Positions 1 through 9,803 are shown, counted from the first letter of the stretch. The stretch: 64,000 bases of DNA from an uncultured Cytophagia bacterium (GCA_964539665.1 CAZIKB010000020.1:526-64525), one strand, 5' to 3'. Program-made: numbers and translations. The notes: generated from the letters alone by a model not told the origin.

Positions 1-88
1 CTACATAAATAACCATTTCAAACACCAATCATGTAATGCTTAAAGTTAACAGTTGCTATTATTGTCAATTGAGTATTAGCAAAGTGAT

Positions 89-1162
89 TTATGCATTGAT
101 GAAGTAGTTCGCTTTCTGTTCAAGATTATTCTGTTGAGTTAAGCCCAGTCTTTCCAGACGGTAGCGTAATTTTCCGCGGTTAATCTGTAATAGCCTGGCT
201 GCTTTACTAATATTGCCGTCGGTTTTTTTCAATGCACATAAAATTAGATTTTGTTCAATTTTTTCAAGTGAAATTCCTTCGTCAGGTATGTCAAATCTGG
301 AAAAATCTGGTATCACTTCGTTATCTTTTTGCTTCCTTTCTGGTGAATTCGAGACTTTCTTTCGTTCTGAATCAACCAGTAAATCCTCTGCTTCAATCCA
401 TTCGTCACATTCTACCAGTACTGCCCGCTCGATGGCATTTTTCAACTGGCGTATATTCCCCGGCCAGGAGTACTCCAATAAAAGGTGTTCTGCAGAAGGG
501 GCCAGCCCTTTTACCTGTCGATCATAATCGCTATTACAAAGCTCTATAAAATGTTTAGCCAAAATAAGCACATCAGTATCGCGACTCCGCAAAGGCGGAA
601 TGTTTATTTGACATACGTTTAATCGATAGTAAAGGTCTTCGCGAAATTTGCCAACATTTACAGCTTTTTTGAGATCAGCGTTGGTTGCGGCTATAATGCG
701 TGTTGATACGCGTATTTCTTCTGCTCCACTAATTCTCCGAAACCTTTTGTTTTCAACTGCTTTCAAAAGTTTAATTTGAAAGTTCGTTGTAATATTACCA
801 ATTTCATCTAAAAAAATAGTACCGCCATTGGCAAGTTCAAAAAGACCCTGTTTCCGTAAGTTCGCGCCGGTAAATGCGCCTTTCTCATAGCCAAACAATT
901 CGGATTCCAGTAAGGTTTCCGGAATCGCGCCACAATTGATATCGACAAATGGTTGATTCGCCGTGGTGCTTAAATTATGTACCAGCCGCGCTACCATTTC
1001 CTTGCCAGTGCCGCTTTCCCCAATAATAAGGGTGGTAATAGAAGAACTCTTAGCAATTTTTTTGGATGTTGCTATTACTTTTTTTATCTGAGGAGAAACT
1101 CCTATAATCTCTTCTTCAAATTTTGTAACGTCCTTTTTAAGTTTATCCATATCTGCAGTCAT
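89..1162 (-). CDS. sigma-54-dependent transcriptional activator (AAA+ sigma-54 interaction domain plus C-terminal Fis-type HTH, no receiver domain)
   Basis: Walker A GESGTGKE, GAFTGA sigma-54 contact motif, ESELFGYEKGAFTGA, C-terminal NISKAARLLQINRGKLRYRLERLGL HTH. The ORF track starts at a GTG at 1222; an internal ATG at 1162 (MTADMDKLK) is the more likely start. Confidence 0.8.
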   Translation of the reverse strand: MTADMDKLKKDVTKFEEEIIGVSPQIKKVIATSKKIAKSSSITTLIIGESGTGKEMVARLVHNLSTTANQPFVDINCGAIPETLLESELFGYEKGAFTGANLRKQGLFELANGGTIFLDEIGNITTNFQIKLLKAVENKRFRRISGAEEIRVSTRIIAATNADLKKAVNVGKFREDLYYRLNVCQINIPPLRSRDTDVLILAKHFIELCNSDYDRQVKGLAPSAEHLLLEYSWPGNIRQLKNAIERAVLVECDEWIEAEDLLVDSERKKVSNSPERKQKDNEVIPDFSRFDIPDEGISLEKIEQNLILCALKKTDGNISKAARLLQINRGKLRYRLERLGLTQQNNLEQKANYFINA

Positions 1163-1223
1163 TATAGTTTGTGTTATGGGCTGCGCAAAAATAAAATACC
1201 ATTCTTGAGTAGCAATTATCACA

Positions 1224-1276
1224 CTTCGACTCCGCTCAGTGTGAAGCTACGCACTTCATGCTGAGCGGAGTCGAAG
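1224..1276. repeat. perfect 16-bp inverted repeat (cttcgactccgctcag / ctgagcggagtcgaag) with a 21-nt loop; REP-like hairpin
   Basis: Read directly from the sequence. It lies just upstream of the sigma-54 activator start and shares the GAGCG/CGCTC flavour of the hairpins at 15.7 kb. Confidence 0.6.
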
Positions 1277-1410
1277 CATTATATTATTCCAAGTTATTTT
1301 TACGCAAGCGCTAAGCACCATTTGTAAATCTACGTTCGGCCTCGCTATTAATTATTATCGGCGAACACCCATTTAGCTTGAATGACCAGGCTACTTTATA
1401 ACAAAATGGC

Positions 1411-1656
1411 TTAATCTCTCGGACTGAGGCCATCATTGATATTATTTCCCCAGCTTGCCATGGGCGGTTGCACGCCAATGCTGATTATGAGTTGTAGAAT
1501 AAATACCACCGCAGTGAGTTGTAAAGTATTTGGGATGGCTTCTCCAAGAATTTCGCTTACCGGTCGTTGTTCTACCAGAGCTACCCCAAAGTTTCCAGTT
1601 GCAAAATCCTGAATCCAGAGTAGGTATTGCAGTGCCAGTGGCAGGTGCAGGCCCAT
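1411..1656 (-). pseudogene. fragment of an ABC peptide-transporter permease (DppB/OppB-like N-terminal region), truncated
   Basis: The translation ...LQYLLWIQDFATGNFGVALVEQRPVSEILGEAIPNTLQLTAVVFILQLIISIGV matches the conserved N-terminal periplasmic loop and TM2 of DppB/OppB. Only ~80 aa remain, with no start or rest of the protein. Confidence 0.4.
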
Positions 1657-1744
1657 TTGCCGGCGAATGTGAACTTAACATCTTCTGCCGTGATGGGCGC
1701 ACCGTCAGACCAACGGGCATTTTCGTGGAGATGATAGGTGAGCT

Positions 1745-2035
1745 TTAAGTAGTCATCCGAGCGGTTGCCAGCTCGGGCACGAATTCCGATTTTTCGTTGA
1801 GATCAGCCAGCCCCAATAGCAGGAGGTGAGTAATTTTCTGTGAAGTTGATGATTCGTTGAAAAGTGGATTAAACGTATCCACATCACCTGTAACACCGAC
1901 AATCAAAGTGCCGCCAAATGACGCTCGATCGCTTTTGATTAAATATTCTGTTCCAAAATTATCGTTGCTGAGAAATACGGTGTAGCCACAAAGTGCTATA
2001 CTAACAATAATTTGTGTTAACCATATTTTTTTCAT
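1745..2035 (-). pseudogene. N-terminal 96-aa fragment of a family-5 (OppA/DppA-like) solute-binding protein, truncated
   Basis: Signal peptide followed by GGTLIVGVTGDVDTFNPLFNESSTSQKITHLLLLGLADL, which is the conserved start of SBP_bac_5 proteins. The ORF stops after 96 aa, whereas intact proteins are ~500 aa. Confidence 0.45.
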
Positions 2036-2068
2036 AGCTAATCTCGAGTATTTTAAATTTTTGTTGAT

Positions 2069-2087
2069 ATTTGCATATATTGCAAAT
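2069..2087. promoter_or_regulatory. palindrome ATTTGCA-TATAT-TGCAAAT; candidate operator
   Basis: Perfect 7-bp arms read from the sequence, upstream of the decayed SBP gene. Its half-site relates to the ATGCAAATATTTGCAT palindrome at 9804. Confidence 0.3.
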
Positions 2088-2092
2088 TTAAA

Positions 2093-2518
2093 TTATTCAA
2101 TACTATTGTAATTCTCAAATCTCAGGATTGTGGAACCAAGTTTAACCACACTGCCATTAATTAATCGTTCTCGAGCGGAAATTTTATTGCCATTAACAAT
2201 TACTCCATTTTTACTATTGCGATCCTCAATCCAATAGTTTTCATCTTCATGAGTTATAATTGCGTGTTTGTTTGAAATTAGATCATCACCCAATACAATC
2301 AGATTCCCACAATCATGACCAATGGTGTTTCGTCCTTTTCTGATTAAAAAGAGCGCATCTTTCGGATCGCCGTAAAGAACACACAATCGCGGGTGCATTT
2401 GATTTTCAGATACCATTTTAGAACCACATCGTGTACAGAAAAAATTTTCGGAAGTGTTGTCATGATTGCAAGAGGAGCAAATCTTTTTATTCATACCTGA
2501 ATCCTCAGAACTATCCAA
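2093..2518 (-). CDS. FHA-domain protein with N-terminal zinc-ribbon
   Basis: CSSCNHDN...FFCTRCGSKM zinc ribbon, then an FHA core (RKGRNTIGHD...NKHAIITHEDENYWIEDRNSKNGVIVNGNKI...). Confidence 0.7.
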   Translation of the reverse strand: MDSSEDSGMNKKICSSCNHDNTSENFFCTRCGSKMVSENQMHPRLCVLYGDPKDALFLIRKGRNTIGHDCGNLIVLGDDLISNKHAIITHEDENYWIEDRNSKNGVIVNGNKISARERLINGSVVKLGSTILRFENYNSIE

Positions 2519-2548
2519 ATTAGTCTTTGAACTAAAATTAGTTTAAAA

Positions 2549-2585
2549 TGTCATTTCAATCCTGCAAAACGGATTAGAAATGACA
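2549..2585. repeat. 14-bp-stem hairpin (tgtcatttcaatcc ... ggattagaaatgaca) between two minus-strand genes; REP-like or terminator
   Basis: Inverted repeat with one bulge, read from the sequence. It contains a GTCATTTC/GAAATGAC motif related to the 15.7-kb elements. Confidence 0.45.
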
Positions 2586-2631
2586 ATATGGACTGTCTTT
2601 GTTCAAACACTTAATATGTTGTTGAATTATC

Positions 2632-2832
2632 TTAAGATGTATTGAGCGCTGAGCGTGCCCGCTCATACATATCAATAACTTGAAGATTGTCCGGGTTTTC
2701 TGTAAGTATTTTTTCGAATATTTCACTGGCTTGGGTAAATTTGCCATTTTTATAATAAAGGATACCCAGATTAAATTGTATATCGATGACTTTTATCGCC
2801 TGTTTGGTTACGAAATCACTATTGATTTGCAC
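2632..2832 (-). CDS. short TPR-repeat ORF (possibly a fragment)
   Basis: One or two TPR-like repeats (LGILYYKNGKFTQASEIFEKILTENPDN). Only 66 aa and no convincing start context. Confidence 0.3.
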   Translation of the reverse strand: MQINSDFVTKQAIKVIDIQFNLGILYYKNGKFTQASEIFEKILTENPDNLQVIDMYERARSALNTS

Positions 2833-3173
2833 AGTGAGATTATATCCACAAAACCTGTCTTCCGGGCGATGAGATTTACCACATCTGGGAAATTGTTCAT
2901 AATGACCTTCGTCTATTCTATGGATTTATTCTAACTCAGGTAGATAATCTTAATTGATTGCTGATTGATTCGTTAACTATGTTGGACGTTTAATATATAT
3001 TTTTTTGTTGTAGGTTTATTATTAACATCAATGTCCACTACTTTAATCTCTTCGGGTATAATTCCCCGAAGCTTGCTTCGAATTATAAAAAAGGCGAAGT
3101 TTAAAAATCTATGATTTTCAAACTCAACTACCTTACGATACCTCGGAGCTTGCTCCGAGGTAGTTCATTTGCT

Positions 3174-4481
3174 TCATGCTAATTGTTCTAAAGGTGTTTT
3201 TTCCTTTTTTGAGTTAATTCTGGCAACCTTTTTTTCGGCCTCGGATTCCAACATTTGTATATGGAGTTTTTTATATATTTCACGCGCTTTGGAATAGAAC
3301 TCTGCTGACTTATCAGCTCTATCGGTTTCCGCCAGCATTTGCCCATATTCCCGATAGCAATTGGCCAGACCAAGTGGAATACAAAATTCGTCGTACAAAG
3401 TCATACTTTGTTCATAGAACGCATCCGCGGTCTTTAAGTCTCCGGATTTCCAGAATATGCGTCCAAAAGTCATGTTGATTTTCGCAATACCAATTGGATT
3501 TTTAAGTCGCACGAGGTATTCCAAGGCGCGGGTACACATGTTAGCTGTCATGGGATAATCTCCAATAGTGCTGTAAAATTCAGCTTTGTTCGAATAAACG
3601 AAAGCTAATAGTGGGAAATTGCCAATTACCTGACAGAGCTGAAGGGATTTCTCAAAATAGTCAATTGCCTGGTCATATTCTTTCCGCTTTAAATGCACCA
3701 GACCCAGACTGTTCATACTCTCGGCCGTGCCTTGATGGTCCTGAATACTTTGAAACTCAATTAAGGCTTCCTGAAAGTGTATGTAAGCAAGATGATAATC
3801 TCCTTCCATACGTCGAATGATGCCCAGGTGATTACTTACGATTGCCCTGCTTCTAATGTCACTGATACCGTCAGCAGCTTCAAGCGCTTTTTCAAAACTT
3901 TCTTTAGCTTCCCGATAGGCTCCTCTTCGATAGGCGATTTTTGCTATTTCAATTTTTGCCAGGGCGGCGTCGATGTAATTACCCGTAGACTCCAGAACTG
4001 ATATGGATTCCGAAAGAAAATCCTGCGCCTGTTGCCAATCACCTCTTTCGGAATAGATTCGTGCCATTCGGTACTTTATTTGCCCTTCCATCGACTGGTT
4101 CTGCAAAGTCCTGGAAAGCTCCAGAGCCATTTTATAGTTTGTGAGGGCGGCGCCGTAATTACCTAAATTCTCATATGTCTGACTCAGAGCAAAGATGAAA
4201 TTGGCCTGTTGTTCATTATTTAACAATGGTCCGCGAATGTTCTGAAATGTTTTCAGAGCCAGGTCAACATAATAGCTGACTTTTTCCAGTGAATCACTTT
4301 CTAAATCCCGGGCTGTAATTAATTGATCAGGAAAATCCTGTGAGTCCAATTTTTTAATTGTCTTCACAATAGCGTAACTGCTACGGCTTTGGGTCAGATG
4401 CGACTTCGTGGCATTTTGTTTAATGATTTTGGACATTTTTGTCAGGTATGTCCGAATTGCTTTTCCACTATCTTTATTCAT
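3174..4481 (-). CDS. TPR-repeat protein (435 aa)
   Basis: Multiple TPR repeats throughout. Its start overlaps the stop of the upstream gene by ATGA (4474-4481), suggesting translational coupling. Confidence 0.7.
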   Translation of the reverse strand: MNKDSGKAIRTYLTKMSKIIKQNATKSHLTQSRSSYAIVKTIKKLDSQDFPDQLITARDLESDSLEKVSYYVDLALKTFQNIRGPLLNNEQQANFIFALSQTYENLGNYGAALTNYKMALELSRTLQNQSMEGQIKYRMARIYSERGDWQQAQDFLSESISVLESTGNYIDAALAKIEIAKIAYRRGAYREAKESFEKALEAADGISDIRSRAIVSNHLGIIRRMEGDYHLAYIHFQEALIEFQSIQDHQGTAESMNSLGLVHLKRKEYDQAIDYFEKSLQLCQVIGNFPLLAFVYSNKAEFYSTIGDYPMTANMCTRALEYLVRLKNPIGIAKINMTFGRIFWKSGDLKTADAFYEQSMTLYDEFCIPLGLANCYREYGQMLAETDRADKSAEFYSKAREIYKKLHIQMLESEAEKKVARINSKKEKTPLEQLA

Positions 4482-6927
4482 AGTCTACTTCTAATGCGTA
4501 AGATTTTTTGATAGATTGAGGTTTTACCGATTTCATCTGCTGCAGTTTGCTCTCAATCAATTTCACTTTTTCACTGATCTTTAGCTTGCGATAGCTGGTA
4601 AGAGCTTTGTTGAACCATAAAGTAGTATCTTCACCATCCTCCAAATCTAATGCCAGAAGCCCCAGCTCGTATTCAGTTTCAGCAGAGCCAAGTTTATTAC
4701 CTAAGTTCTCGAATTTCTGCAGGGCCTTCTGCAAATGTTTGCACGCTTCTGTCCAGTTAGCTTGTTTTCTTGTGATAACTCCTTGAATTTTATGATATTC
4801 CGCTATACCCAACCGATCTTTCAAACGAATTAATATTCGGTTGGCCTTAAAATTATATTCATTCGCATCGTCAAATTTTCGCAGATGAGCTAAAGCCAGA
4901 GCCCGGTTCAGGAATGTGATTGACTTAAGGGGCATGAGTCCCATAACATCTGATACCGCCAGGCTTTTTCCGTAAAATTCGTTTGCCTGTTCCCATTTGT
5001 TTTCATCTGCGTGAGTCATGCCAATGTTGTGGTAAACGCGTGCCAACCCAAAATCATCACCGATACTTTTATAGAGCGGAATGCTCTTGCTATATTGAGC
5101 AATAGCGCGCATGCGAAAACCCTGTACTCTCTCAACCGCGCCAAGATTGTTGATTATGTTAGCCATTAATTGTTTGGCATCTATCTCCTGAGCCTCATTC
5201 AGCGCTTCATCGTAATAGAGGAATGACTGCTCGAAATTTGCCAGCTCAAAATGTACGTTTCCCAGTCCATATTTGACCATGGCCTGATCAAATTGGCTCA
5301 AATTTTGTTTACTTCTCAAACATTGCTCAAAACATGCTTGGGCGCTTTGCCATTCATTAATCCGAAACAGGGTCAATCCATGTTGCAGTAATATTTGGTT
5401 TTTGATTTTAGGATCTGTTTCCTTTGTGGAAATTGCGAGAGCTGCCTCGCAATGCATCATGCTTTCATCCCAGTGTCCCAGAACCCGATCCAGCCAGGCG
5501 GCCCAGACCAGTAGTTGTAATATTCCAACTCTGTGTTTTTTTTCAGAAATTTTATCGCGTAATTTTAATGCTTTACCAATAAAATTTTTCGATTCAAGGA
5601 AAGCAAAATTTTCAAACGTCAGGTTGCCAGCCTGACAGAGGTATTCGAACGCCGATTCATAATCTTCGGTTTGACCGTAATGATGAGCCAAAAGATAGAT
5701 TTTCTCAGTAGGATCAATGTGTGCTCTGGTTTCGATGCCCGTGGCGATTTCTTGATGCACTGCAGGCTTTTCGTCATTTGGTATTTTATCCAGGATAGCA
5801 GACCGAATGGCTGTACGTTTGAACTGATAGTTCTCTTCCCCGATTTGCGTCAGGAATTTATTCTGTTTCAGAGCCAATAAATCTTTAAGTACCTGAATTT
5901 TTGGTTTTTTCATAATGGCCGCAAGCTGGTCATGATTGAAATGTCCATTCATTAGCGCGGCGTATTTCAGCAGCTCCAGATGGTTCGGGGATAATTCTTT
6001 TACCTGTTCAGAAACGAGCTCCATTTCGTGTTCATCACTAAAGATGTTTATAATTGCATCTTTTGTAATATTCTCCTGATTAAACCAAACATTGTTTTGT
6101 TGGAAAATAACACCTTCCTGCTGCATTTTTGCTAAAAATTTGACTATTTGCTCAGGTATACCTCCGGTTATTTCTTTCACATAAGGTATGAAATGGTTAG
6201 AGAAATCACTGCGCTGATATTTTTTGTTTAGGAGCCTCCTTATATTTTGTTGACCTAATCTGTTTAATTCAATTCTTTCGACCAATCCTTCACGGTTCAT
6301 TCGCTGTAACACATCCGCATATGCAGGTTTACAGGTTGGCTGTACTTCACGGCCATCTTGCCGTAATGTAGCGACTATCAGAATTTTATATTCGGAAATG
6401 CTTTCACACAAATAGTGAATAAATCTCCAGGCGGTGAGTGGGGCTAAATGGGCGTGCTCTATTGAAATTAGCAAGACATTTTGTCTTGAGGCCTCCAGCA
6501 AGGTGGATAATAATCGTTGTTGAGCAATGCCTTTTTCATTTTGTACGGAATAGAGGAATTCCATTTCTAATAGATCATTATATTTTGCTGAATTAGTATT
6601 CAGAACATCGAATTCCTTTTCAGTGGCGCCCATTCCAAAGGATTTTTGAATCATTGATGAGTCCAGCTTTTCAATGATTTGCAGGAAGGGCGCGTAGGGT
6701 TCAAATGATCGTACCCCATCAAAACTGGTTGAGATGATTGTGGTGTCGTCTGCTTCAGTTGCAAATTGACGAATGAGAGCAGATTTACCAATGCCAGCTT
6801 CGCCACTTATAATGATAAAACTACCGAAACCGTCCTTAGCTTTTTTCAAGCAGGAACGAAGTTTGTTGAGTTCTTGTGTCTGTCCTACAAACACATTTGC
6901 GAGATTAGAAGTGAAGTTTTTTTTCAA
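4474..6927 (-). CDS. STAND/AAA-type NTPase with a long C-terminal TPR array (817 aa), no recognisable effector domain
   Basis: N-terminal P-loop FIIISGEAGIGKSALIRQF and a Walker-B-like LLISIEHAH, followed by ~450 aa of TPR repeats. Confidence 0.75.
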   Translation of the reverse strand: MKKNFTSNLANVFVGQTQELNKLRSCLKKAKDGFGSFIIISGEAGIGKSALIRQFATEADDTTIISTSFDGVRSFEPYAPFLQIIEKLDSSMIQKSFGMGATEKEFDVLNTNSAKYNDLLEMEFLYSVQNEKGIAQQRLLSTLLEASRQNVLLISIEHAHLAPLTAWRFIHYLCESISEYKILIVATLRQDGREVQPTCKPAYADVLQRMNREGLVERIELNRLGQQNIRRLLNKKYQRSDFSNHFIPYVKEITGGIPEQIVKFLAKMQQEGVIFQQNNVWFNQENITKDAIINIFSDEHEMELVSEQVKELSPNHLELLKYAALMNGHFNHDQLAAIMKKPKIQVLKDLLALKQNKFLTQIGEENYQFKRTAIRSAILDKIPNDEKPAVHQEIATGIETRAHIDPTEKIYLLAHHYGQTEDYESAFEYLCQAGNLTFENFAFLESKNFIGKALKLRDKISEKKHRVGILQLLVWAAWLDRVLGHWDESMMHCEAALAISTKETDPKIKNQILLQHGLTLFRINEWQSAQACFEQCLRSKQNLSQFDQAMVKYGLGNVHFELANFEQSFLYYDEALNEAQEIDAKQLMANIINNLGAVERVQGFRMRAIAQYSKSIPLYKSIGDDFGLARVYHNIGMTHADENKWEQANEFYGKSLAVSDVMGLMPLKSITFLNRALALAHLRKFDDANEYNFKANRILIRLKDRLGIAEYHKIQGVITRKQANWTEACKHLQKALQKFENLGNKLGSAETEYELGLLALDLEDGEDTTLWFNKALTSYRKLKISEKVKLIESKLQQMKSVKPQSIKKSYALEVDYE

Positions 6928-7471
6928 TTTGTTCCCAGCACTTTTTAAAAGTTAACTTTTTAATTACTCCCTTCAATTGCCAGTTGTGTTAAATACCTTG
7001 CCTTTTTGATCACCTTAACTGTCGACAATCAAGATATTATCGTAATAATCTGGAAGAGTAATTAATACGGTATATAATTGAGAAACGGCCACGATCTTTT
7101 GAGACTGTTCTCTCTAACTAGAGGAATATTAATTTTACTAAGTATTGCCATATCTTTAATCCATCTTCTATATAGGCATCATAAAAATTTTACCACAGAG
7201 CACACAGAGTATTTATTCAGATTATTAGTAGCAAGTATTTCCGTCACTGTCTGTCAACTTCACAAGTCATATTCACTGTCAGTACCGTTTTTAACTTCAA
7301 AATGAACCGGTCTCGTTTTCTGTTTGTCATTGTCTTTATTCGCAGGATTTTCCATTTGAGAATTCAGAGTCGTTCTCCGTGCACTCTGTGGTTTTTTTTA
7401 GTTTGTTTCATTATTTATTTGCCAACTCTTTATCAGATTCTTATAAATAAATCATCTTTATTTATTGCTTA

Positions 7472-8086
7472 CTACTCAGCCGCAATGGCATATCGGGAGA
7501 AGTGGGGAAGCCTGGCATTTTGAATAATAATGCTGCCACTATTCGGATCAACCTCCAGGGCGTCACGCCGCATTTTTTCCCATAGACCTGTTTCCGGATT
7601 ATCATTATAAATATCAATTTCATCGGGATCATAGCCGCTCAGGTCTAAACCGGATGCCACAATCGTTAACAGGGCTGGTTGACTAAATGTAGTACCGTGG
7701 GGGCTGAAAACCAGGTCTAAACTTCCCTTAAATTGCTCGTCATCCAAAGTGAGCGATACTTCTGCGTCCTTGATCATTGTGCCAGGTAAAATGTAGAGAG
7801 CGCTGTTAACGCTTATGCCATTACCAGTATGATGCAAAAATAGAAACCCACCGCTTTGAACAGTGCTCCACTTTGAAACTGTCGTAACTTTCTTCAAGGA
7901 TGTTTCTTTAATGCCAAAATTCAGGATATTAATCTGTCCATTTTTAGATTGTACTAAATTTTCGGAGTTTTCTGGATTTTGTGGGGTCAAGGGGCTGTCG
8001 TCAGTACACCCGCTAAAGTTCAGTGCTAATCCGACTGTGAGAACAAAAATTGAAAACGCAGGAAGCATATTTTTGAATCTTTGCAT
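7472..8086 (-). CDS. hypothetical lipoprotein (204 aa)
   Basis: Signal peptide with lipobox LNFSGC and no recognisable domain. Its last ~40 codons are duplicated at 9446-9574. Confidence 0.6.
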   Translation of the reverse strand: MQRFKNMLPAFSIFVLTVGLALNFSGCTDDSPLTPQNPENSENLVQSKNGQINILNFGIKETSLKKVTTVSKWSTVQSGGFLFLHHTGNGISVNSALYILPGTMIKDAEVSLTLDDEQFKGSLDLVFSPHGTTFSQPALLTIVASGLDLSGYDPDEIDIYNDNPETGLWEKMRRDALEVDPNSGSIIIQNARLPHFSRYAIAAE

Positions 8087-8547
8087 TTTGGGAGCCCTTA
8101 TTTTTGTAAAATTATTATCTGCTAATTATTAAGTAATCCCTGAACAAGCAAAGGCAATGCCAGACTTTGGAACAATCCATTCATTCGTGGTAACCTATAC
8201 TTATAATTAACATGAAAACAAATAATTATCCCCTTAATAAATAAATTAAATTAGCAACAAATGTCGGATTTTTCAGCAGGGATGGATTTGCTGAAAGCAG
8301 CCAATGTTTGATGAATGTTGCCAATTGGCTGAAATGAGCAAAAACTCACACGGGAACTTGATCGTTCAGTATATTTATGCTGAACATGAGATATATCTGG
8401 ATATTTCATCCAGGATGAATATCCTGAACGATCAAAGTGTTCCACAGTACTAATGAGTAAATTATCGTAACAATACTATACCATTTGCTTCAGTAGCCGA
8501 ATGATAATAATAAAAAGCATATAATCACATCCACACCGTGTAAAAAA

Positions 8548-9372
8548 ATGTTGTTTTTCAAAAAGAACAAAAGACTGGAAATCAGCAACCATATCACTGC
8601 GATTGATGGCAGGGTTGTCGCGAGAAAAGGCGATGTGATTAACCAGAAATATGTGGAGCAACTGTATAACATAAAGCCCCCGGGTACCGAACATACACAG
8701 TTGTTTGGTGAGACCTATCATTTTACAAATATTGAAATCCTGCTAAAGGAGCTTAAGTATCAATTTATCTCACACGATAGTCAAAAAAAGACTCAGCTAT
8801 CAAAAAATCTGGCAGGGATAAGCTTAAACGAAATAAATTTCAATGAGTTGACCTGGATGGAGCGATATAAGTATCATTATGATCATGTTTTGGCTGTGAC
8901 AATACTTGTGGCTGCCATGACTTTAGATTGTTATCAGGATGAAGACAAAGCCAGAAAGGCTGCTTCATGCGCGCTTACCCATGATTTTGGCATTACGCGG
9001 GTGCCGGAACAGATTTTGACCAAAGTGTCTCCTCTGGAGGACGATGAAATGAAAATCGTACGAGAGCATCCCATTTATAGTTATATTCTCCTGACATATT
9101 ATGGTTTTGCACCTTCGCACCTCAATACCCGTGTCGGCTTTCAACACCATGAAAATCTGCTTGGCACCGGTTACCCGTGCAGTATCATTCAGGAAAATGA
9201 AATTGCCCAGTTTGTACAAATTAGTGATATTTTTGATGCCTTGATTTCGGCTCGACCTTTCCGGCCCGCGCTCAGCGCTGAAAAGGCTGTGTTAACAATT
9301 GCGGAAATGGTGGCTAAAGGACAGGTAGATACTGAGGTTTTCGCGCTTTTGAAATCTAGTGTGAGAGCTTAA
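8548..9372 (+). CDS. HD-GYP domain phosphohydrolase (putative c-di-GMP phosphodiesterase), no receiver domain
   Basis: HD motif (LTHDFGI), HHENLLGTGYP (HHExxDGxGYP-like) and a DIFDAL motif. Confidence 0.75.
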   Translation: MLFFKKNKRLEISNHITAIDGRVVARKGDVINQKYVEQLYNIKPPGTEHTQLFGETYHFTNIEILLKELKYQFISHDSQKKTQLSKNLAGISLNEINFNELTWMERYKYHYDHVLAVTILVAAMTLDCYQDEDKARKAASCALTHDFGITRVPEQILTKVSPLEDDEMKIVREHPIYSYILLTYYGFAPSHLNTRVGFQHHENLLGTGYPCSIIQENEIAQFVQISDIFDALISARPFRPALSAEKAVLTIAEMVAKGQVDTEVFALLKSSVRA

Positions 9373-9445
9373 TAATTAAAATCCTTGTACACGGGACAAG
9401 GGTTTTTTGATTCTTACCACGACACAAAAAATAAACCAGCAAAAC

Positions 9446-9574
9446 TTACTCAGCCGCAATCGCATAGCGGCAGAAGTGTGGCAGCCTTGCATTTTGAATA
9501 ATAATACTGCCACTGTTCGGATCAACAACCAGGGCGTCGCGCTGCATTTTTTCCCAAGTGCCTGTTTTGGTGCA
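9446..9574 (-). pseudogene. 3'-terminal remnant (about 42 codons) of a paralog of the 7472-8086 lipoprotein gene
   Basis: About 85% nucleotide identity over ~115 bp with 7472-7590. It translates in frame to ...TWEKMQRDALVVDPNSGSIIIQNARLPHFCRYAIAAE*, against ...LWEKMRRDALEVDPNSGSIIIQNARLPHFSRYAIAAE* in the intact gene. There is an in-frame stop just upstream. Confidence 0.5.
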
Positions 9575-9803
9575 TTATATTGCACCGTTGAACATCACTA
9601 ACCGTGTGACTGATCTGTGCTTCGGTTGTGTCTCGAAATCCGACACCATTACTTTTAAGCGCAATAAACAATGAACTTTATGACTTGTGATTCTATTTAA
9701 CGGATAATAATCCACCCGGTTTATTAGTTTAATGTGGTTTTTATGACTATGTATATAAATATTGTTTTGCTCAAGGCATTGTGCAATTATTTGCCGTTAA
9801 ATA

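Noticed and set aside
1442-1748. Alternative overlapping ORFs 1442-1720 (-) and 1530-1748 (+)
   Set aside because: No motifs. The 1411-1656 (-) frame carries the DppB-like signature, so these are overlapping-frame artefacts.
7078-7523. Two overlapping plus-strand ORFs (75 and 73 aa) in the AT-rich spacer
   Set aside because: Low-complexity, hydrophobic and Arg-rich translations typical of AT-rich non-coding DNA. No RBS or conserved motif.
8338-8450. c-di-GMP (GEMM) riboswitch upstream of the HD-GYP gene
   Set aside because: I could not align the GEMM-I/II conserved GNRA and receptor and ACGGG elements convincingly. Left as an unexplained structured region.
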